DNA of 61,790 nucleotides, counting the filler, from Rhabdomonas costata (taxonomy: Eukaryota): assembly GCA_019059605.1 (NCBI GenBank). It is 20 parts of 20 records of this genome, joined end to end, with 100 filler letters (N's around TTAATTAATTAA, not from the genome) between each part and the next. Parts side by side here need not be neighbours in the genome. Positions count along the whole stretch, not along the records: positions 1 to 3,005 come from JAHMHO010001577.1; positions 3,106 to 6,100 come from JAHMHO010001578.1; positions 6,201 to 9,195 come from JAHMHO010001579.1; positions 9,296 to 12,287 come from JAHMHO010001580.1; 16 more parts are not named here. One strand, 5' to 3'. Below are positions 1 to 11,200 of the stretch, one piece after another. A program made the position numbers and the translations under genes. The notes beneath the pieces are model-generated. The model ran no database searches. It worked only from the letters and a program-made list of their open reading frames with translations, and was not told the origin of the DNA. Positions within the stretch are counted from its first letter, which is position 1; every line of letters begins with the position of its first letter.

Positions 1-1539
1 GGTGGGGTGGGGGACAGGCCAAGCCCCCTGAACCCGTCTTTAGACATGAAGCTTTCACTTACCGAAGCGCGAAAAGAAAAAATGAGCTAAGTGAAGAAGG
101 GTTAATTTGAGAACCGAGGAACCTTTCAGCGAAAATGCTAACAAAGCGCACGCATGATGACAGAGGTTTACTGTGCGGGTCGACAATCAAACGAGGTCTG
201 TGAGCGCAAAGGTATGTGAAACCTCAGCTGCAAAGGAAAGGAGGGCCAGAGAAAAAGCGGGCACAAAAATATGCAATTTTTTCTTCAAAATTATGCAAAA
301 CTGTGCACAAATACGCGTTTTCAACAGAAAATATGGACCTGCCGGAAATGCTGGTTTTTTGGGTACAGAACAGAAGCGACTGTAACGAAACAGAATTTGT
401 TGTAAATGAGGCATCCATACAAGTCAACCAAGTCCAGTGTTCAAAGTCCGGCGCACACAACAACCGCACAGATGCAAAGACGAGAGAACGTGAGTGCGGG
501 AAAACAATACATTTGTTGTAAATTCTATGAATCCAATTCATTGGAACACAAGGTAGCACCAAGAAACTGCGCGGTTCGAGCTAAGGATAAAAGGAGTTAA
601 GGATAAAAACTGTCAAGTATTTTGGTACAGGTGCCCTCATCCTCCAGGGCACAAATCAAAGTTTTGTCGAGTTAGGGAGCGGTTTGCCCTGTTTTCTGTT
701 TTCGGATGTCAGCTTTCCAGATTTTCAAACCGGGAGAAAAAATTCCCATTCTATGTCGATACACGACACATGAGATACACCACACAACTGAGCATTTTCA
801 AAAAATAAAATATCTGAGTTGAAATCCTGAAGCATTTGGACTCGAACCAACACCGCTCTTCAGGCCGAAAATTAGCACCACGGTTTACCCGTTGCCCCTC
901 CACAGCTGAATCGGATGGAACATTCGCATCGATGAGCACAAGCGGAGTCACATGCAAAATCACGGCAAAACACCCTGCCCGTTGGTAGCAAGAGGTGCGT
1001 GCAACATGCCATATCGTACAAAGGGCGAAATGTTTCTCAGCAAAGGTGAGAAACCACTCCGCTTTTGCTAAGGTCGAGGACAAACGACAACTTCGCCCGG
1101 GTGCCACTTCACCCTGGAGAACGTTCGCAGGCGCAAACTGTATGAAATATCACCACGCCCCGTTCGCTTCCTTTTGATCCAGGAACTGAATAGCCACAGC
1201 GAATTGGCGGGAATTCTACAGAAGCACAAAAAGGGAGAGCTATCCGGGAAAATTCAAGGTTGCTTTCTCCTCACAATCGTCTCGGGGCTCTCCATCTAAC
1301 GGATTTCTGTATACCTCGCTGTGCCACACCATTCTCCTAGTCACAAAGGGTGGGTCATCCCCTCGCGACATAGGACCCATGGCGCGCAGACCCACAAAAA
1401 AGACGGGGAACCAAAAAATAAAACAGGCACTAAAAATCATACTCTTAAAAGAGAAAGCTCCAGAAAAGAGAAGTCGGACAGGCACACGGTTTAGCTTGTC
1501 AGCTTGCCACTAAGTGGCCAAGCACGCTGCAAAGGTCAG

Positions 1540-2110
1540 CACCCAGAGCTGGGGAATCCCCACCAGCGAAAACCTTGGGTGTTTCCGAGGAACCCTCTTC
1601 CAATTTGGAGAAGGACTGCTGATCATTTAAAGGCACTGACGGCGGGGCGGTCCTGGAATAAGACGACGCCCATAAGGCTTCCCACCTTCGAGTGGGAACG
1701 AGAGCTTGGTTTGGCTCTTCCGAGGACAGGGCGTCTGCGCACGCTAGCGCCAAGAGGCTCGAGTGCCGCTGGATGACGCTGTGGCTGTGTTGGCTTGAGC
1801 ATGGGCGTTGACCTGGTTCCTCCGACGCTCCTCTCGAGGTGGAAGCTCCGCCGCTCGAGGGGGTGGGGCAGTGCACATCACCCTCAAGGGAGGTATCACT
1901 GAGATCCAGGAACAGGCTGTGCGCTTGCCGGAGCTGCCCAGAACGAAACAAGGCAAACGCAGACCGGTAACAATGCAGGTATTGGTCTTCAAAGCGCGCA
2001 GAAGCGGGGTTGGAGGGTGCATCTGAGGTGTCACGGGGAAGGATCTCAAATACAACGTCCGGAGAAGAGCCGACTGCGCCGAATTGAACGACATCGGCAG
2101 GAAGAACGTC
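1540..2110 (+). mobile_element. Possible decayed non-LTR retrotransposon RT C-terminal remnant
   Basis: Frame-broken peptides (..VPLDDAVAVL / GLSMGVD.. and EIQEQAVRLPELPRTKQGKRRPVTMQVL) loosely resemble the YLG motif and thumb region of LINE RTs. Several stops and frameshifts; no YxDD seen. Confidence 0.25.
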
Positions 2111-2967
2111 GAAGTGCTCATTGACCTGTGCATTAAATTTGAAATGAAGTCGTTTGGAAAAGGAAACTTTTGAACAGAATGGTGAATGGGGGCCGAAGTT
2201 GAGAGTGATTATCGCAAGAGAAGGAAAGTTTTTTTTGCCAAGAGTTAAAAGAGAGTGATTAGAGGCTAACGCCGCGCGGACGAGGAGTGGAGAACATGGT
2301 TGGTGATGAGATTATAATCGGCAGAGTTAGGACATGCCGCTGGGGAGACACGACGAACATCCAATATGACTGTGGCTTACAGGCTGACCATTGACAAACT
2401 ATAAAATGGTAAGGCGTTGCACAGTACTGAGACTCACAGATGTGGCGGAATGGGGGCGCTTGTGTGGTTGGGGAATCCCTCTGATGCTAGATCCCCTAGA
2501 TTCGACCTGTCCGACTCCAAAGGGGGTAAGCTGAGATTTTCGGATGAAGCACAGCAGAAGCCACCAAAAACACACTAATACTTCAAACCCACTGCCAACT
2601 AAGATGCTCTTGGTTCTCCCAACAGCTCTGTCTGAACACATAGGAGAGGTCTCCGTCTCTGCCTGCCGTCGACCCCTCGTCATCCCGCACCCCCCCCCCC
2701 CAAAGGTCATTTGTCAGGGAAACAAGAAATGGAAAAAAGCAAAGCGGCAGCCACCTCTACGGCAGTTGTGGACTCGACCAAAACTGTCGCTCGGAGGAGG
2801 CCACACAGCGAATTGAGCTGCAGTGCCGTTGCCTGTTGTTGCAGAAGCAAAGAGTTCGAAGGACTACTTGAGATGCCGTGTATAAACCTCTGAATGATTC
2901 TGAACCAGGTCTAACAGCAGCTCGTTCGAAGTTTTCCTCGAGGCGGGCTTCTGATCACACACTGATC

Positions 2968-2993
2968 CACACACACACACACACACACACACA
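2968..2993. repeat. (CA)n microsatellite
   Basis: Direct reading. Confidence 0.95.
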
Positions 2994-3005
2994 TGACCAC
3001 CCCCC

Positions 3006-3105
3006 NNNNNNNNNNNNNNNNNNNNNNNNNNNNNNNNNNNNNNNNNNNNTTAATTAATTAANNNNNNNNNNNNNNNNNNNNNNNNNNNNNNNNNNNNNNN
3101 NNNNN
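3006..3105. other. Artificial contig spacer (N44-TTAATTAATTAA-N44); first of 19
   Basis: Identical 100-nt spacers start at 3006, 6101, 9196, 12288, 15382, 18475, 21566, 24653, 27743, 30903, 33994, 37082, 40166, 43254, 46341, 49427, 52533, 55619 and 58705. TTAATTAATTAA places stops in all six frames. Confidence 0.99.
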
Positions 3106-3765
3106 GTTGGTTGTTCTAAATTGAAAAGATAATTCTGTTAAAGTTATAGGAGGATTATAAATATTGGTAACATTTTTATCAATAATTCCAAAAGGAATAT
3201 CATAATTTATATTTGTGATATAGATGTAAATATTTTTATGTGCAAGAGAGAAAGGTTCTTCAGCTGTATATGTTTTTTGTCCATAATAATGTTCTTTTTT
3301 AAATCCTAATAAACAATGAATTGTATTTTCTGTATTAATAATTTCAAAATCATCATCACAAGATATAGTTATTAATCCATCTTTTATTGTAATATCAAGA
3401 TTATCGCAAATTTCAGTAAATGCATTTCTTAAAGATGATAAAAGATCGTCAATAGTATAATATCCTTCATAAAGTTCAATAATTTTTGAATCTTTATTTT
3501 TAAATTTAATGATAAAACGATTTTCATTTTTTGTGACATTATGAGGACAATTCGGAAATTTAAAATTATGTAATTTGATGACATTAACATTTTCATATGG
3601 TTTTTTTAGAGTAACAGAATAATTATTATAACTATCTGATTTAGCATGTTCTGATGAATCAATATGTATTGTAAGAAAATTTTGTATTTGTTCCATTTGT
3701 TTAGGAACTTTAAACTGATTTATAATATCATAAAGTTCTTTTTTTGTTGCATTAATTGAAGTCAA
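3106..3765 (-). CDS. C-terminal penton/minor-capsid-like domain of a viral protein (3' truncated; probably frameshifted continuation of the upstream ORF)
   Basis: IHIDSSEH...YSVTLKKPYENVNVIKLHNFKFP...NVTKNENRF...IELYEGYYTIDDLL...LLGF...YNPPITLTELSFQF. The ORF begins at TTG, not ATG. Confidence 0.7.
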
Positions 3766-5123
3766 CGCACTATCAAGAGTTTTTTATCAACAATTTGTGT
3801 ATTTAAAGAATTTTTACTAATTTTATATTGCAAATGTTCCATCAAATCATTAATAATTTGTTTTATTTGAGAAGATGAGAAATTATTCATAATATTTGAG
3901 TATTTATTGTCTAACGAATGATCGCAGTTTATAGAATCGAAATTAGATTCTTTATAAATAGGTTTATCGTTATTATTTGATTTATGTTTTATATTTGGAG
4001 TATTATTAATATTTTTAAATAATAAATCAAGTTCATCATTTGATATTTTTTTGTTTGAAATTGAATTATTTTCAACCATTTGAGAATATACTTTATTAAG
4101 TGTATCACTTGGGATATTAGATGAATAATTTTTTTTATTTATGTTATCTAATTTAGGACGTTGTGAATTTAAATTATTATATAAATCATTATTTGTATCA
4201 ATAGTTATATTTTCAGTTGTGATTTCATCTTTAAAAACAGAAGGTGAAATCATAGGATCGAAATTAACTTTTTTAGTTTGTTTAGTAGCATAATCCATAT
4301 TTTTACGTTCTTCAACAAGTTTATTTAATTTTGCAGTAAATGGCATATTATCATTAATAACTTCTTTTTGAACATTGCTTATATTTTCAAAACATGCATC
4401 AAAATCAGTTCCTATATTATCATTACTTAATGGACAAGTTAAACCAGTAATAACATCATCATTAGTATTTAAATCATTCATAGCACTAGTAGTTAAATTA
4501 GGTGAATTAATAGATGCTTGTTTAAATCCTCGTGTATAATCTCTTTCTGAAGCTAATTTAAACATTTTTTCTTCAAGATCATCACGTTTATTATCACAAA
4601 ATTGTGATGATTGAATGGTTGAGATATCTTGTTCAATACCAAGGGCAGAAATATATTTTTTTTGATTTTTGAAATCAGTAGACAATTCATTATGACGACT
4701 ATATAAATTACGTACATCTTGATTATCTGAATTTTTATTTAAAGAAGGAAAATCAGGTCTATCATCAATAGTACATTTAGCAGATGTACCATAAACTTCT
4801 TGATCACGTAAACGTTTCCATTCATCAATGGTAGATTTATGACATTTTTCATTATAATTTTTTTTATGAATTTTATCTTTATACAAACGAATACAAGTAA
4901 TTAAACTTTTTTTATTTAATAACTCAACATACTTCATAACATTCATTTTAGCAGGAGGTCTACCATAATTTTTATAAATATCGTTCATCTTATTAACCAA
5001 AAACTGTTTACATTTATATTGAGTATCAAGATCTCGTTTTATATTTAGATATAAATTTAACTTATCTTGAATTTTGTTAATGTTACTTTCTGAAAAAAAA
5101 ATTTTCCATATATTATAATGCAT
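3762..5123 (-). CDS. N-terminal part of a large Asn/Lys-rich giant-virus-like protein
   Basis: About 450-codon stop-free ORF in very AT-rich DNA. First in-frame ATG is at 5123; an alternative ATG at 5109 would need a 1-nt indel in a T9 run. Confidence 0.75.
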   Translation of the reverse strand: MHYNIWKIFFSESNINKIQDKLNLYLNIKRDLDTQYKCKQFLVNKMNDIYKNYGRPPAKMNVMKYVELLNKKSLITCIRLYKDKIHKKNYNEKCHKSTIDEWKRLRDQEVYGTSAKCTIDDRPDFPSLNKNSDNQDVRNLYSRHNELSTDFKNQKKYISALGIEQDISTIQSSQFCDNKRDDLEEKMFKLASERDYTRGFKQASINSPNLTTSAMNDLNTNDDVITGLTCPLSNDNIGTDFDACFENISNVQKEVINDNMPFTAKLNKLVEERKNMDYATKQTKKVNFDPMISPSVFKDEITTENITIDTNNDLYNNLNSQRPKLDNINKKNYSSNIPSDTLNKVYSQMVENNSISNKKISNDELDLLFKNINNTPNIKHKSNNNDKPIYKESNFDSINCDHSLDNKYSNIMNNFSSSQIKQIINDLMEHLQYKISKNSLNTQIVDKKLLIVR

Positions 5124-5284
5124 TTTATTTTTACTTTGTAAAAACACACTTGATTCATAAATATAAAAAAAATAATAAGTATCAACAAAATATTAGCATA
5201 AATGCGTTTAGAAATATAAAAAAAATAATAAATAACAAATAAACAACGCATAAATGAATTATTATTTTATTATTGTAAATATAG

Positions 5285-6100
5285 ATGAATAATTTTGACA
5301 AGATAAATGCGGCAAATCCAATGGATATGTTTAAAAGTTCTACATTTACATATCCTGATAAATCAGAAGTAATGCATGGATTATTAGATAAATGTTATGA
5401 ACCCAATCGTCCTATAATAGATCAATATGTACCAGCAAATCTAAGTGAGACATTACATAATAATTTATCAAGCAATCTTCAAAATGAGAATGTAACAGAA
5501 TATAAAGTTAATATAGATAGTAAAGATAGAGATGCGAATGTATATAATAATTCATTAAAATATACAGTTACATTTGGAGCTGTATCTGCATCATATATAA
5601 AAAGTGAAGTATGGATAGATCCAAATAAAAAGGAATTGGGAAAGAAAATGAAAAATATGTTAATAGATGGTTCAGTAGGACCATGTGTAAGCAAGACTTT
5701 TAAAAATGTAAAATTTATAAAATTTGATACTTTTATTCTCCCAAAATATACACGTATAGTATATGATACAGACGATAATGTATATAAGTTTGATCCATCA
5801 TCATCTATAATGAGAAATAAATATGTAATCATGAAAATTAAAGAATTTTCAAACACAACAACATTAGGAACAAATTCACTATTAGAAACAGGAATATTAG
5901 TATTTCCGAATAGTAACATGGGAGATTATTTTTGCAGCGTAACACCAATGTGGAGTAAAGTATATAATTTTTCACAATTAGGAAATTTAGATCGTTTTAG
6001 TATTGAATTTTATACAGAAACAGGAGAACCTTTATTAGTAAAAGTATATAATGCAGAAGGGAAAGAAGAGAAATTAGATATAAATAAGGCAAAAACACAC
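5285..6100 (+). CDS. Giant-virus-like protein with IDSxDRD penton-like domain (3' truncated)
   Basis: ATG after AT-rich ...aatatag; LHNNL...EYKVNIDSKDRD..VY...YTVTFG...KTFKNVKFIKFDTFILP...QLGNLDRFSIEFYTETGEPL. Confidence 0.8.
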
Positions 6101-6845
6101 NNNNNNNNNNNNNNNNNNNNNNNNNNNNNNNNNNNNNNNNNNNNTTAATTAATTAANNNNNNNNNNNNNNNNNNNNNNNNNNNNNNNNNNNNNNNNNNNN
6201 TGTTGTGGGTCCTGTTGCGACGACACAAGCGAGTTTTCTAAAGAAACGAAAGTGGAAATTGTACCAACCGATTCTATGGACGGGCTTCTCCTTCTTCTTT
6301 TTGAAAACTCGCTTGTGTCGTCGCAACAGGACCCATAAACTTTGCGAGCTTTGGGATAAACCATGTACACAAAAGGGTCTCTATTTCCACTTCCAAAAGT
6401 GTACCGTAAAGGAGAAAAACACAAAAAACTGTTACTGCTTATCTTCTTATCTTTAGGTAAACTTGACGACGAAGGCGAAGACAAAGCAAAGCAAAGTCCC
6501 AAGGCCAGTTCAACAGTTCTACGGTAAAGAGAAAGCAGCAACGTGTGACACGCTCTGCGATCACCTCTTTTATTCCGTTTTATTCCGTTTTCGCAAATGC
6601 CGTCTATTTGCCTTAAACAATATAATATCCCTCCAGGGGGAACGTTGGAGCTCCCCGCGGCCCCCGGAAAAAAATGTTGGGGCCACTGGTGGCGGCGGCG
6701 CGGGGGGACCCCCCCGAAATGCTGAAGACCACCAGTGCACCGATTTTTACTTGCACTTCCCTCTACGTCAGAAGAAAAAGCCTTCACAATACACCCCTCT
6801 CGTACAAAAGCAACATAAAAAGCAAAAAAAAATACCAGAAGTCAC

Positions 6846-7105
6846 CTCGTCGTTCAGCGCCCGAAGTTGGGCCAACTGTTGCTTAAGGGCCTCCGTGTGC
6901 TTCTTTTCGACAGCGAGCCGACGACTCACAGATTTCTCAGATTCCAACCGGCCGAAGAGTTGAACCTTTGGAAAGAGAACACGCGCGAAAGAGAAGGCAG
7001 AGTCACGTCAAATTAACAGAAACATTTCGAGAAAAAAAGGAGGGAGAACCTTCAATGTGTCACTCAGTGTCTTTAACAGCGCCAACGGATCAGCAAAAAG
7101 CGCTC
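6846..7105 (-). CDS. Exons of a hypothetical coiled-coil protein
   Basis: AG/GT-bounded exons 7050-7105 (ALFADPLALLKTLSDTLK) and 6846-6965 (VQLFGRLESEKSVSRRLAVEKKHTEALKQQLAQLRALNDE) join in phase 0. Confidence 0.55.
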
Positions 7106-8028
7106 CTGTAGTGAAAAAAGACCTCCTTTAACATGAAATTCAGGGATGTACCGTCTCACAAGTTCTCCCGTGGGCGAGGAAGCATAGGTAAAATAAGGGA
7201 AAACGTGACGACAAAGTTTTTGCGTGATTTTACGTGAATCTTTTCAGGGTGGCGGTTGCTCTCGAGCTTTCACTTCGAACCCCCGTCGCAAGAGACAACA
7301 AGAGAGCAAAGGGCGCCTGCCAAAACGCCACTCTACCAAAAAAAAAAGACGACACAAGGCCACATCTAGGGGTGTTACTACCCGACACGGGATGATGTTT
7401 TCAGACCGTCGGGACAAAAGAAGGACAACGGATAACAAAAACGATAGCTGTGGCTGCGACGCAGGCCTGCTTAGTAGATTGAGATGGCGTCCGATAGCGA
7501 CAGAAGGCAAGAGACGTACACCCCAAAGGGGACGCGGTCGGTGAAACAACCCGCAAGTGAAGACAGCAGCAAAGTGTGTTATGAGAGGGAGGGAGGAAGA
7601 CGGTGAAGTTAGTTTTTTCACGTGCCCGTTCGTGTTCGATAGAAGCAAGATGTCAACGACCATGAAACCACACATTTACAGACTCAATTCCTTCGCTGCA
7701 AAAACCACCCTACTTGATTCTCCTGTTTGCTCTGTTTCGCCTTTTGTATTTCACCCAGTGCTGTCGTTTTTCGCAGCTTGCTGGGGCATTTTGGGGACCC
7801 AGCAGGGTGAACGCCTCGTCCACCTTTCAAAACACGACAGAAGACCTCGCACGGGGTTAGAAGGCGATTCACAGGCCCTTTAGGATGTCTCGCATGTGTG
7901 TGCCCGATACTTTGGGAGCCCTTCATTGCTCTGCGCGTGACTTTGTCTCGGCGCTCATATCGAAAAAGATTGGGGAAGGGACCGCTGCACAAACAGGCCG
8001 CGGTTTCTGGAGCGCAGTGCCTGATTAG

Positions 8029-8210
8029 TCGGCACAGCGTCATTGACCGCCCGCTGGGCGCCAAAACGAGCCTCCTTGACCTCATCACGGCACGTCAATT
8101 GATGAACGTGTCCGCCCCGCTCACTGTCACCGACCCCGTGCAGCTGCTGGTGCTGGTGTCTGGCGAAGCCAATCTGGTGCTGGACACGCACCTGGACGAT
8201 GCTCAGCCGT
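8029..8210 (+). CDS. Probable exon of a hypothetical protein
   Basis: GC3-rich stretch after an AG (RHSVIDRPLGAKTSLLDLITARQLMNVSAPLTVTDPVQLLVLVSGEANLVLDTHLDDAQ). The donor site is uncertain. Confidence 0.35.
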
Positions 8211-11200
8211 GTCCAGACCCTGTTTCGGGTGAAGTGTGGCCTTTTGGAAGCACACCAGGAGCTACTATACAATGGCGCACTCCTTGTACCCACTTGGACC
8301 CTTCGGGCTTGAGGAGTGGAAGCGCATAGCGGTGGAACGACGAACTACCACATTACGAACGAAGTGAGTGGAGCGTAGCGGAACGAACGTAGTGAGAGCG
8401 TCGCCGGAGGCGGTCTTCTTCTTACCGGTCGGCCTTCGCTACACGCTCAGACCTCCATCTCTCTCACTCTCTCAATCCCCCTGTAGCCTCAGCCCTCCAT
8501 GGCATCGAGGTCACGAGATGGCATGGAGGGATGAGAGGTGAACGAGCGTAGGCGCATAGCGGTGGAGCGAGTGAACCACCATGCATAGGGAGGAACGACC
8601 GGCAGGGAGTGACGACCGGCAAAGAACACAAAATACCCCTAGCCTCAGAATCCCAACATCCCTTTCACCCTTAAAGCCCCTCAGTCAGCGAGCCATGCGT
8701 AGTAGTGAGTGGAAGGGTAAGTGTCCCCGAGTCGAGGAAGAATGCATCGGAGTAAAGCATCAGGGTTGAAGGCATGCGTAGGTTTAGGCATCTTGGCATC
8801 TTCTTCCACTATAGTCATGCTGAGTTACTGCATTCTTCACTTATAGTCATGCTGATACCCTTACACCTCATGCCCCCAACCACCACACCCCTCGACCCTC
8901 GAACCCCAGACCTCCACAGACACCCCAAGAACACCAAGACACACTGACACACACAAGCACTGTAGAAGCGTAGAACATGAACCCACACAGAAACACTGAA
9001 GACGTAAATCCCACGAACCACCACACCTCGAAATCCACACACGTAACCCCTCCAACACACTCTGACACAGAAGCACAGTACACAGTAGAAGCAGTAACAC
9101 CACACAGACCCTCCATCCAACACGAAACCTCAGACCTCGAGACGCAAAACACACCCCACGCATCCTCCAACCCAACAACGTCACACCAACACACANNNNN
9201 NNNNNNNNNNNNNNNNNNNNNNNNNNNNNNNNNNNNNNNTTAATTAATTAANNNNNNNNNNNNNNNNNNNNNNNNNNNNNNNNNNNNNNNNNNNNGGTTT
9301 GTGGTCGGCCTTCGCATTCTGGGTTCGGGGTTGCTTCTCTCGGCCTTCAGTCTCCGTTGTGTTTTGGTCTCCTTCGCTACCATTTATTCCTATTCCGCGT
9401 TGTTGGCCATTGCGGCAGGGTGGTGTTGGAACGCGTGGTGATGGAGTCGGGTGCTACAGGTGCGGTGGGTTCGGTGGTGGGTGGTGATTGTGGTGGTGCA
9501 GGTGCTTCGTGTGCAGTGGGTGGTGTTCAGGGGTTCGGGTGTCCGCTGCTGGGGGTTTGGGCTCATCCGTCCAGTGTTGCCGAGGTAGTGTTGATGGTGG
9601 GATCGAAGGTGCAGAATGGTTGTGTGGCTTCTACAGGTGCTCATGGGGGTTCGAAGGGTGGTGTGGGTGCTGGCGCAGCCCCACACCCACACCTTCGTAC
9701 AGCCTGCCCCCACTTGTGTGTGGGGGGGGTCTACCTCGTCCAGAGCCTACTTCACGCAAAGCACCACAAAGACCCCCCCCACACACACCTCAAGGCACAG
9801 ACCTAACAGACAAAACAAAACCCAGTGTCCCTTGCAAGCCTCTGCGGCAAACTCACAAACCTTTGCAAACAACCACAACAACAGTACCAGGTGTGCATTT
9901 AATGCCAGGACGTCTCGGGGCTTCCGTACCGGGCCCCTAGGGGTATGGAGCCTCAGAGAAAGCGCCCACCAGACACGTCCCGGCTTCGCGACACCTCCGC
10001 ATAACTCTTTGTAGAGTGCACCGTGACACATGCGCCGCCAGTAGGTCTACATAGTAGCCCAACACACGCTTACTGCAACGGTGTTGCAGGGGCTGAGTTT
10101 TTTCAGCTCGTTTTCCCGTTTGAATAATGCAGTCCAGAAATCTCTGAGCGGCAAATCGGAACTTCTTTCGGGGTCTGCTTGGCCCGCTTTGCGTCCCCCG
10201 TGAGGAAAGGGGGTTTCTTTCTCTTTCGCACGGCACTCCTAGAGCACCCCAAGAAATCTTGGCTGCGATGTAGCGACCAACGGGAATCAAGCGACGCACC
10301 CGGGCGAAGAGTCACGTCACCGAGGCAGCCCCTTGGTAGAGGAGATTCAGCCGAAGTGGGCAAGCCTAGTTTCAGTTTCGTCCCTTCCAATGTTCAACAT
10401 TGTAACGCACCCCCTCCCGAGCCGTTGCGAGAACCCTGAACTATTTTGGCAGGCATTTGCAAAAGGCCCTTCCTGTGGGTGCCTCCTTTTTGCACCGCGG
10501 GGCACGAGAGTACGGTCTGGATTAAGTGGGAATGACAATGAAGAATGAGCTGCTAAGAGCGCGCTGTAGGTTATCACGCATGAGTGCACTTGTACTGTGG
10601 GAAACCGTTAGACAACCGCTTTGATGTGAGGTTGGCACGGGTCACAAAAAGAATCGCACCTGCAGAGAAGCCAGAGAAGGGGGGGGGGGGAGCAAGCTCG
10701 TCGGCAGTGCTTCTTGCCCTTCTTGTGAGGGATTTTTGTTAGCTTTGCTTTTTCCATTCCGGTGCCTTCAGGTTGCCCTACTTGTCTCTCTATATTGCCC
10801 GTTTCACCTCTGAGAGGTGGAAAAACGTCTCAAAAAAGGAGACATTTCGGACTTACAGAGGTTTGTGAGTGTTTCCTGATGAATTTGGGTGGGTGAGTTG
10901 GGCACTGTTTTTGTACCAGAAAAACACCCCTGCTTCTTAGAATTGCCGACAATTGGTGACAGTCGTTGCTGCAAGGCAATTGAACTATTAATGCGCATCC
11001 TTCCTCGGAGTTCTGACAGTTTGATGTTCGTGTGGGAAACTCTCACTTTTGACATGAAACGGCCATATTTCCACTTCCTCCGTCCTCGAAACCGCCGCCC
11101 GTCCAGCCGCGGCATACCGGTCTACTTCACTCCTCTCACACACTCTTTGACCTTCTGGTGCTGCCGACTTCGGTGGGACTGGCGGTCACTTTCTTTTTCG

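Larger units (their letters stand above)
3106..6100. other. Giant-virus-like (Nucleocytoviricota, Mimiviridae-like) contig
   Basis: Much more AT-rich than every other contig, intronless, nearly all coding, with N/K/I-rich proteins. Both gene products carry the IDSxx(D/H)...K.(F/Y)xNVxxIKx...P signature. Confidence 0.8.

Noticed and set aside
826-865. cctgaag...cttcagg stem enclosing a GGTTCGAGTCC-like motif
   Set aside because: No cloverleaf; a 7-bp stem is compatible with chance.
3050-3061. Recurrent TTAATTAATTAA at ~3.1-kb period (repeat or CRISPR-like array)
   Set aside because: Always embedded in N runs; it is an artificial six-frame stop linker. ORFs ending in X..LIN are artefacts.
8815-9940. 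Multiple V/C/G-rich or H/T/P-rich ORFs
   Set aside because: Products of CA/GT low-complexity DNA that lacks stop codons.
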